A stretch of 39,392 bases of DNA from Candidatus Micrarchaeota archaeon (GTDB lineage: Archaea > Micrarchaeota > Micrarchaeia > Norongarragalinales > UBA8480), in the NCBI GenBank assembly GCA_013425325.1, contig JACCLL010000085.1, positions 1-39,392 of the forward strand, in the 5' to 3' direction. Below the pieces are notes generated by a model, which was not told where the DNA came from, did no database searches, and worked only from the letters and a program-made list of their open reading frames with translations. How positions within the stretch are numbered: position 1 is the first letter of the stretch; each line of letters starts with the position of its first letter. The translations under genes were made by a program, and so were the position numbers. Shown one piece after another: positions 33,701 through 39,392 of the stretch.

Positions 33701-36097
33701 CGCGCGGTCGAACACCAGCCCGGTCTGCGACCAAGCGCGGTAATACAGTTTAACTTGGTCTTCCTGCGAGCGGGCGGTTGGTTTTATGAACACTCTTGCC
33801 GACAATTCCACGGTTCCGGAAAGCCCTTGGTACTCGACGTAAGCCCACTTGAATGGCTTTCCTGCTTCGGGCGAGTTTAGCAAGTCGGTCGAGGCGTCGC
33901 TGGATTCCTTGTATGAAACTCCTTTTGCTAGAGTCGGCTGGCCCAGTTCCTGCGGCGTGTAGTCAACGGCGGTGAAGTAAACGTTTTCTTCCGCAACGTT
34001 TTGCTTGTCGCCGACGCGCACGAAAACCCCTTGCTTCTCGTTCGTGCTCGGGAAGTTTGCGACAAGCCTGGCGGTATAGTAGCCTCCTTTGGAAAGCATT
34101 TCGTTCGCGGTCACGTCGTTGCCCTGCTCGTCGGTAACTTGAGCCAGGAAAATGGAGGTCTGGTTTGCGAGAGCAGAGGGAACCAGGTAAAAGCTTTTCT
34201 TCAAAGTCGATTCGGCGGTCGCCGCAAAGGAATCGCTTGAAAACGCGGCGTACCCGGAGGCAGTGACTCTAGCGACGTACTCGCGGTTTGCGACTACGGA
34301 GTCGATGCTGCAAGCGCCTTGGCTCGTAATGCAAGAGCCGCTTGGTTCGCGCACGTAATCAATTTCAACAATGGCGCCGTCAATCGGCTTGAGGGTCGCG
34401 ACGTCGTAGACCGAGAACTCGGTTTTTCCGGTTGCGTAAGAAAGCGTTAAGGAAACTATGCGTTCTTCGTCCGCCGCGGAGAGCGTGAAGACGTCGCTCG
34501 TTCCGTACTGGTTGTGGTACCTTGCCTTAGCGTGCAAGTTCACGCCAACAGGCATTTCGTTGAACCCAGCAAGGCCGGAGAAGTCGGTTTCAATCGTCGG
34601 CGCTCCGAAAAAGCGTCCGTCGCCGTCCACCAGCGACACCTTGGCGCCGCTTACTGTGAGTCCGTCGGGGTCGGTGACTTCGACGTCGAAAGCGGCGTTG
34701 TTGCCTGCGAGCAACGGATGCAAAACCATTGCAGACGAAGACGAAGTAATCAACAGATTCGCCGGAAGGAATCCCGACGCAGAAGCAGTTGCATAGAAAG
34801 AACCGAGTTCGAATGAAGACGAGATTACGAAGGATGCGTTGCCTTCCTCGTCGGCGGCCTGGCTGCCTATCAACGAGTTGGTTGAATCCGAGTAGAGCGT
34901 CACTGAAGCGTATTGAACCGGGTTTCCCTCGTCGTCTTTCACTACGACGCTGACGTCGCGGCTGGTTTCAACAGTCCTGGCTTCCAAGACGACGTTGAAC
35001 TCCAAGTCGCCGTCGGAAGTTGCAGTCTGCGCGTCGGTCGTCTGCGGAACAAATGCTTCAGCGTCTTCCGGCTGCACTACGGCGTACACTGAAGTTCCTG
35101 AGTCAACCGCGTCCTCGAAGTAGAACACGCCCGTGCTCTGCTTGTCCGAGTCAAGGGGCTCTCCCGTCTCGTCGTCGTACAACGTGACAGTCGAGGAAAC
35201 GCCGTTGTCGTTCTGGTCTTTTACGAAAATCCTCACCGAAACAGGGAACGGAGTTGAGTAATCGTTGTAGTCGCCGTAAGTCGACCCGCCAGTCGAATCG
35301 CCGGAAGTGTCGAATGAAGTTGCGGACGCTTGCACTAACGCCACTTCAACTGTTGCAGTGCGGGCTTGCGCGGCCTTGGAGCCGTCGACGTATCCCTCGG
35401 CGGTTACTGTAAGCATTAGAATCTGGTCTAAAGTCGACAACCCCAGCACGGCCTGGCCTGTTGAGTCAGTATACTTGGAGCCGCGGTCTCCTCCCCTGCT
35501 TGGACTCGAGTAACTAACCAACGCCCCCGAAATAGGCGTGCCTGAAGTGTCGACTACCTTAACCAGGAAATTGTATGCCGCTCTAGCGGGAGGAGTCGGA
35601 GTCGCGCCGGCGCCCCTCGTCTGAAGCGAAGCAGTAAGCGAAGTTGGTTCAAGCGAAAGAGACACGTCCTCCTCGTAAGTATCGTAACCCGACTTCAAAA
35701 CCCTGACTCGGTAAGCCCCTGCAACTGGAACGTTTTCGAAAGTCGCGACGCCGTCAACGCTTTTCGTGCGCTGGAACTCGTTCGAGTTCCTCAAAAGAAT
35801 TACGTCAGCGCCGTCTATCGGCGTTGTTCCGCTCATCACCTGGACTTCAAGCGTGGTTGTCGCGCCGCCGATTCCAAAAGCGGGAAGAACGACGAACGCA
35901 ACCGCGCCGACTATTGCAAGGCAGAGCAGCACGAAGAACGGGAAAGAGGGCAGGCCATTGCTTTCAATTGGGTCGACGAAATACTTTACAACCGGCAAGC
36001 CGACTTTGTCGTTCAGGAAATCGATTAAAGCATAATACTTGTCTTCAACCGCGTAATAGATTTTCTTCAAGAAATTAGGTTCCTTATCACTGGCCAT
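27743..36097 (-). CDS. Giant (2784 aa) signal-anchored surface protein, paralogue of 18847-27693
   Basis: Same N-terminal motif and TM, CarboxypepD_reg-like repeats, shared Y.A....FV..G...KWA...G..E...R.P.D domain. Divergent, linker-separated C-terminal modules. Confidence 0.9.
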   Translation of the reverse strand: MASDKEPNFLKKIYYAVEDKYYALIDFLNDKVGLPVVKYFVDPIESNGLPSFPFFVLLCLAIVGAVAFVVLPAFGIGGATTTLEVQVMSGTTPIDGADVILLRNSNEFQRTKSVDGVATFENVPVAGAYRVRVLKSGYDTYEEDVSLSLEPTSLTASLQTRGAGATPTPPARAAYNFLVKVVDTSGTPISGALVSYSSPSRGGDRGSKYTDSTGQAVLGLSTLDQILMLTVTAEGYVDGSKAAQARTATVEVALVQASATSFDTSGDSTGGSTYGDYNDYSTPFPVSVRIFVKDQNDNGVSSTVTLYDDETGEPLDSDKQSTGVFYFEDAVDSGTSVYAVVQPEDAEAFVPQTTDAQTATSDGDLEFNVVLEARTVETSRDVSVVVKDDEGNPVQYASVTLYSDSTNSLIGSQAADEEGNASFVISSSFELGSFYATASASGFLPANLLITSSSSAMVLHPLLAGNNAAFDVEVTDPDGLTVSGAKVSLVDGDGRFFGAPTIETDFSGLAGFNEMPVGVNLHAKARYHNQYGTSDVFTLSAADEERIVSLTLSYATGKTEFSVYDVATLKPIDGAIVEIDYVREPSGSCITSQGACSIDSVVANREYVARVTASGYAAFSSDSFAATAESTLKKSFYLVPSALANQTSIFLAQVTDEQGNDVTANEMLSKGGYYTARLVANFPSTNEKQGVFVRVGDKQNVAEENVYFTAVDYTPQELGQPTLAKGVSYKESSDASTDLLNSPEAGKPFKWAYVEYQGLSGTVELSARVFIKPTARSQEDQVKLYYRAWSQTGLVFDRAPRDDILGTAQTGGGKDFLYAKSNSKSYAITDGKYYCNPEGSACLVVSFSSTNNPETKYPSPFKVSLGESFYVNYEVRAFTPIEAAEAYVRISSPDKVLRLSNYEGDGNAVKNSDFDSRIVLGSAGPDFAGTLQAEGISPTQLARLQVEFGDARGPILSTSNPFVMVEGKGRLVLAELSPTTFEVGKKKDVRLRILSGEQQPIEDARISLEETDDEADGAPFAGEPPAATVGDASEDNGLDGYYKIPKIRTKAPGIFIIKIRKEGYAETTEELTSTTSDFLGFSPEEGTELDCNGGQVTIDNILDSSLDVIASVGPGDLNTPCVNISGIGVTKIRGGEEGEAVYAIKNLRAGKSKRLKLTPISPGDCSVSFSSRDARTGANYYYEYEVSNLCTEYAGIIGLPTNVSTEFYFRAQGSIWYDPNGGSNPARVKVNATDINEDTNAEIINVSVSFWNQDSVNHSFVCKNRVGDVVFGATEAQFGPGAIVVGLFTKAGLFKCKLENGNEARLKIKSRCPHHSWSYYSGFMAACLFRENVMKGTPLGDIVNFGASAWEVAASIPYHVNVLGGFSRIPVEQARMMYPNPAMSTTGAVNNGMPTCAPQSWTGAPQGSTYANGMWQTQGGYGQVGAYGSTGGYGSSYGGSPYSQGGYLQQPTSCYGNQQLMSWPQAKEIPGMCTFTSSGVDCTVKITPMMRYGGFPIAFDNVDMNVLPYLDVSMSTADTGEGQVDPQLASCYRLKDLDKEGLMGAGTSLGEALGRGFQAVTGMAAVPLTRSFAVLFNENDRDACIKYVYKDGRLGVEPVVKRARFKISTGVGSYYYMTLKVEGTNPADDPAAPYYLLAVPAGGDIVTRAKPNTEQVEPYFLINNIPNKAVVFSMKGVNENTGQIETEQNLPGSGEDRVKLSFASVSASDLTVNVTQIGDQPLPVPLTLTLTTPVTSVTIPSSITDSELLNYDVVGSVGNDKEKISVGGAATSNDVQTALQCSGTKYCKQAETNASANAFQEAVRLGVVKSYSQVPYVYKRSFTDLQDAGFENCLNQLATEMIADRASEAVCKTFMKACSDNNYDEEEEEIEEGEDENVNFGSITSSAGTAIENVFCQGTQMGQNLQSMESIFGDERARNLLRQAFGRALGQGQLVTPPASPLIDQQGELPDFFLVLKKADTLGGGEEGNGPRLLQLRAKDLQGILDQIAAGNTDANGQNWVSVYHEPGAFTLTNKPKWFQQLGSLPYRWIKTVIGNAATGISDWLATPEIENRFPYLAYKSLTNQQSGAPSGYYQVQVSDAPTLPTLNKYKLKALTEPVKGTPAEINYDQLDIVGFLQGTQTGQAPATVSHARSELPLSLSPAETEVGVSAIFNNPSGQPCVGDVQMAWIELSDGTSVYASEVGNTFEAGQAVFSFTIDSLLFSVLLSDNEHVTIGFAGIDCSGTNYKKSFNNIPLDSNIILPATQLTASDLSSPSTGTQTPPAGTGTQTTGAPAASATSTTVSAPMSANAELKPGKEILVVSCEDTGGNIETAKCGYNDDSIPPAWLDVRQNNDCPASGEVSGKKCINATDGVVIIRMLPEGDFGRPELRVFVKHPWAYPAGVAQDDSALNFTKAVLQYFADESYDLSYFRGTNLPCKTIILSQSQEPFELVARCPGAEITPAGASLTHLRIVEPRPPTQPSAPTTSAVTSIHVPAFTAFDYDLACPLSSFATCGLTVEFQPNIIFAWGNQPSFTRAYPAFAFVKANRKIQIDVIKKTSGQSDRTQTCTYSGIALLGHSDVPANRDAGCTGIDLKSNSFGDTLLLAIGLKQLNSDDNGQTIVRVSVIGMQANLLEYTIPQVPAVEAGGGLAQPSSSQPAISAQPSFTYTSGWSRAIGSHSQSGDGDVSIDGAEFQSQGNTVTARFKATPGNVYVLAAVNTSGSSGWVWKKVASGDATGEQTATLTGVSSSWANFIIELFVCEEGWVISQNAHNLQLRAIHTRSGRTEAVQQHCAWVYAPLSSI

Positions 36098-36146
36098 ACA
36101 GTCGACCCCGCCCCTGGTTTTTACGAGTAAAAATTGCCTCGCTGCC

Positions 36147-36167
36147 TATAAAAAGAGTTCGTTTAAA
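36147..36167. promoter_or_regulatory. Divergent TATA boxes for the giant-protein locus (-) and the hydrolase (+)
   Basis: Minus-strand GAACTC+TTTTTATA (36147-36160); plus-strand TTTAAA at 36162-36167. Confidence 0.45.
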
Positions 36168-36183
36168 CCAATACGGAGATTGC

Positions 36184-36639
36184 GTGAATTCAACAGCACA
36201 CTTGATTGCAGGCTTTGCCGTCGCAATAGCCATCTCATTACTCTTGGCTCCCGTCGGGTGGGGCGCGCCGCTTTCAGTAGACCTTGTGGTGGTAGCGGGG
36301 TTGGGCGCGTTGCTCCCCGATCTTGATCATCGTCAAACGAAAATCTTCCGCTTTACGCTGGCGTTGTTGTTCGTCGCTGGCGTAATGCTCGCGTGGCCCA
36401 TCGCACCCTCGCTAACGCATTCTACCGACTTATTCCTCAACGCAGGGATTGCAGTCGCCGTCGGAGCGGTTGCTGCAGTTGCTTTCTTTGTGTTAAAGCC
36501 GCGGCACAGGGGGCCGACTCACTCGCTTGCCGCGGCAATCGCATTCGCCGCGATTGTCTTGGCGCTTACGCTGAACTGGGGATTGGGAATAGCCGCTTTC
36601 GTGGCGTACGCCAGCCACTTGGCGTTGGACCGGCTCTAG
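36184..36639 (+). CDS. YdjM-like membrane-bound metal-dependent hydrolase
   Basis: M...AH, GALLPDLDH, HRGPTHS, YASHLALD motifs with TM helices. Confidence 0.9.
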   Translation: MNSTAHLIAGFAVAIAISLLLAPVGWGAPLSVDLVVVAGLGALLPDLDHRQTKIFRFTLALLFVAGVMLAWPIAPSLTHSTDLFLNAGIAVAVGAVAAVAFFVLKPRHRGPTHSLAAAIAFAAIVLALTLNWGLGIAAFVAYASHLALDRL

Positions 36640-36643
36640 CGGT

Positions 36644-39391
36644 TTAGTCGTGCCAGATTATGCACAGGCGGGCGTCTTCTTCTGCTGAAGTAACCGCGTC
36701 GCTTCCCGCGAAAAGGTTGCAGTTTATTCTAGTCTGTATTTCGCAGTTGAGATACCACGGCGCGCAACCCTCGGGGTTTACGTAAGCTAAATAGCAGTAA
36801 ATTGCATAACGCGTGGAGCCGATGGTTTTATCGAATATTTTGTGGGGGCACTGCAAGCCTTCCAACTCACCGCCGGATGAAGTCGAGCACCCCAAGCTGT
36901 CGTCATCAATGTTGGTCGAACCGGAGTTGTATGCAGTGTACGGCCCGGCTGCTATCTCAACGCTCTGCGCGTCTGCAACGCGAGTAACGCGGGCGCTATA
37001 ACCGGCGTAGTCGACAACGCCGCCAATAGAATCACAGCTGTCGTCGGTTATGAGGGAATACATCCCGGAATTTCCGTAAGTCGCGCTGGGCCGAAGAACC
37101 ACGTCGCGCGACTGTCCTGACCACAGGGGCGTGTCTTCAGCGTTGTAGCCGCCATAAGGCCTTACTGAAACGTGGAAAGCGGCAGGCGTCTGCGCAGGTG
37201 CTTGGCCGGCTCCGCCGTAGTGAGCCAAAATCTTGAGTGCCTGGCTCTGTTGCGTAACGAGGTTGCCGTCCGCGCCGACCCACCTTTCGAAAGTCCGGCC
37301 GTCGGAGTGGTGTATCGTGAGCTTTATCCTGGACAGCGTTTCGGCGGTTATCTGCGAGGGCAGCAGCCTGAAAACTTTTTGGACTGAAGTGAATGTTGTC
37401 TGGGCGTTTGTTATTTGGCAAGTGCCGCTGCCGCTTACCGGGAAACACTCCGCGGAAGCGCTGGTCAGCAAACCAGTAAAGGTGTACTGCAGTTCGCCAG
37501 ACTCCCATTCCGCATTGCCTTCAACCATCGACCAGCTTGGCGCGGAAACGACGTAAGTAAAGTCCGAGGGCGTTCCGGCGCCGGAGGTAGTTGAAGCGCA
37601 GCCGCTTACTGCCTCTTGGCTGATGGATATTGCGTCGGCCTCGTTTTGAACAAGAGTCGGATGACCTCCAGAATAGCCGACCCACCTCGGCACGGTGTCG
37701 CCGCTTACTTGAAACTCTAGCTTAATCTTGTACCGCCTGCCGCTAAGACTACACACGGGCACCAGAGTAAGGGCTCCACTTGACATAGTTAGATTAACAG
37801 AGACCGGGCCTGCCAATCGCTCACTGGTTGCTCCGCTGGCGTTAATCCACGTTACGGCAACGCTGGTTGCCGAAGTGAGTCCGGTATATCTTATTCTACC
37901 GTCGGAAGCCAGTACGTAAAGCCCGCCCGCAAACGAGAGAGTTCCTCCGGCGAAGCTGATTGCGCGCTCGTCTCTTCCCGCCAAAGTTCCCGCCGCAGTC
38001 AAACCCGTTGCCGAAGAACCGTAGTTTCCAAGCAGGGGGTCGCTGTGCGAGCCGCTTGGAGGATGATGAGTGCTTGGAGAGGCTCCGCTTCCAGCGGCAA
38101 CGCCGAAGTGAACTGAACTAACTCCACTGCACATTGGATCGGGGGCAAGGCCGTTGTTGCCCGCGTAGCCCGCGGCAATGCCTGCGCCGTAGACTATTGC
38201 GTCGGACTCGCCGCCTGAAGGCAGGCCGTAGCTCGTCTGCGTAGAAGCCGCGCGGCGGTCAAGAGGCCATGCCTGGCAGTAAAAGCGTTTCTGGAACTCG
38301 CTTATTCCAGTTGGAGTATAGTCGTAAAAGCGCGCAATCATCTGGCTTGCGTCAACTACGGTCTTGAGCGTTGCGCTGGATGAAGACAGCGAGTCAGCGA
38401 AATCACGCACTGGCCTTGAGTCGCTGCGGCAGTCGTAGAATTGCTTGGCATCGACCGAAACGCGAGTGCAGCTGAAGCGAATGTCCTTGTTGAAGTCAAC
38501 CAAAGAAATATCGCTCACTGAAGACGGAACGAATTTGACTTTAATTGGCGCGTTCGACAAGTCGCTTATTTGCTCGTCGCTGCGAATGCATACTCGGACG
38601 TATGCTTCGCTGTTCTGGTTCGAAAAGTGGTTGCCCGAAGTCCTAACTACTGCGTTGCCGCGAGCAACATTGTACACAACTATGTTGCGTATGGGGTGCA
38701 TGCTTGGCGTGTCGCAGAAGCTCGAGTACCGTCCCACTTCGGTTTCCAAGCTCGGCGGCTGGTTCGGCGCAGCCGGCTGGATCGGCGCGTAGACGATAAA
38801 CGGGCAGTCGGCTTGGCTCAGGCTTCCGCCCAAGTTGTAAATCATTCTCCAAATGTACTGACCGCCCGCTGCGTTGGACGGAATAGTGAACGCAGTTGAA
38901 GCCGAGTCGCGTATTGCCCCTAGGTTTATCATGCTTGACTGGCTTCCCTCTGGGTCGAGCAACACTAAGCTGTGTTCGGTGCTGCCTCGCGGGAACTGGT
39001 ACGTAAGCGCGGCCGCTTCGCCGCGCGCTATTTCTCCGTTCTGTGCATCGGTGTCAATGTTGCACAAGTACTGGATGCTAGTAGACGGCCGCATTGCCAA
39101 GCGCGGCACTTCGTCGGCGCCAGGCGTCTTGACTAAAACTATTTCAATCGTTGCTTGCAAGCGTGCGCTCGGGTTTTCCGGCGAAGCAATGTCGAGGTCG
39201 AGGTAAGCAACGGTTTCTCCATCAGGCATGTTCTGCTGGAATTGTTCGTCAAAGTTGCAGCTTACTTCGAGGCTGCCGCCTTGACCGGATGCCTTGCCTT
39301 CGACTTTGCAGACTTGCTGGTCGCCTTGCCCGGTTTCCATGCGCAGCGACGTGCGGGTCAACGGGAACGTGTACGGACAACTGTAGCTCAA
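36644..39391 (-). CDS. C-terminal part (>=915 aa) of a large extracellular beta-rich, Cys-containing protein, 5' end beyond the window
   Basis: The frame is open to the window edge, so TTG 39391 is probably an internal Leu. S/G/T/A-rich, paired Cys, Pro-rich linkers, internal repeat. Confidence 0.8.
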   Translation of the reverse strand: MSYSCPYTFPLTRTSLRMETGQGDQQVCKVEGKASGQGGSLEVSCNFDEQFQQNMPDGETVAYLDLDIASPENPSARLQATIEIVLVKTPGADEVPRLAMRPSTSIQYLCNIDTDAQNGEIARGEAAALTYQFPRGSTEHSLVLLDPEGSQSSMINLGAIRDSASTAFTIPSNAAGGQYIWRMIYNLGGSLSQADCPFIVYAPIQPAAPNQPPSLETEVGRYSSFCDTPSMHPIRNIVVYNVARGNAVVRTSGNHFSNQNSEAYVRVCIRSDEQISDLSNAPIKVKFVPSSVSDISLVDFNKDIRFSCTRVSVDAKQFYDCRSDSRPVRDFADSLSSSSATLKTVVDASQMIARFYDYTPTGISEFQKRFYCQAWPLDRRAASTQTSYGLPSGGESDAIVYGAGIAAGYAGNNGLAPDPMCSGVSSVHFGVAAGSGASPSTHHPPSGSHSDPLLGNYGSSATGLTAAGTLAGRDERAISFAGGTLSFAGGLYVLASDGRIRYTGLTSATSVAVTWINASGATSERLAGPVSVNLTMSSGALTLVPVCSLSGRRYKIKLEFQVSGDTVPRWVGYSGGHPTLVQNEADAISISQEAVSGCASTTSGAGTPSDFTYVVSAPSWSMVEGNAEWESGELQYTFTGLLTSASAECFPVSGSGTCQITNAQTTFTSVQKVFRLLPSQITAETLSRIKLTIHHSDGRTFERWVGADGNLVTQQSQALKILAHYGGAGQAPAQTPAAFHVSVRPYGGYNAEDTPLWSGQSRDVVLRPSATYGNSGMYSLITDDSCDSIGGVVDYAGYSARVTRVADAQSVEIAAGPYTAYNSGSTNIDDDSLGCSTSSGGELEGLQCPHKIFDKTIGSTRYAIYCYLAYVNPEGCAPWYLNCEIQTRINCNLFAGSDAVTSAEEDARLCIIWHD

Positions 39392-39392
39392 G

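Noticed and set aside
18847-36097. Giant proteins as carboxypeptidases or as fusexin (HAP2/Fsx1) fusogens
   Set aside because: Only the non-catalytic CarboxypepD_reg-like beta-sandwich repeats are visible. I recognised no M14 catalytic motif and no fusexin signature. A fusogen role cannot be excluded without structure prediction.

Overview
Archaeal chromosomal DNA, most likely from a DPANN lineage such as Micrarchaeota or Diapherotrites. This placement is inference from an archaeal PolB, a type II MetAP, DUF424, BRE/TATA promoters, apparently leaderless genes and the giant signal-anchored proteins. Housekeeping genes (map, polB, DUF424, a YdjM-like hydrolase) are mixed with a large uncharacterised cell-envelope region. 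That region has five parts: (i) a HerA/VirB4/FtsK-fold protein with dead Walker motifs, flanked by two coiled-coil proteins; (ii) a run of seven small membrane proteins, at least two of them paralogous; (iii) a divergent four-gene operon of two paralogues sharing an unrecognised 188-aa His-rich C-terminal domain behind PYG repeats, plus a GT2 and a GT4 glycosyltransferase; (iv) an FHA protein lacking its phospho-binding residues; (v) two tandem paralogous giant surface proteins (2948 and 2784 aa) with a shared cytoplasmic N-terminal motif and divergent modular tips, plus a third large surface protein cut by the right edge. The main hypothesis, which is unproven, is a DPANN host-contact or transfer apparatus with associated effectors. 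I saw no rRNA, tRNA, CRISPR array or mobile element. All calls come from reading the sequence by eye; no searches were run.
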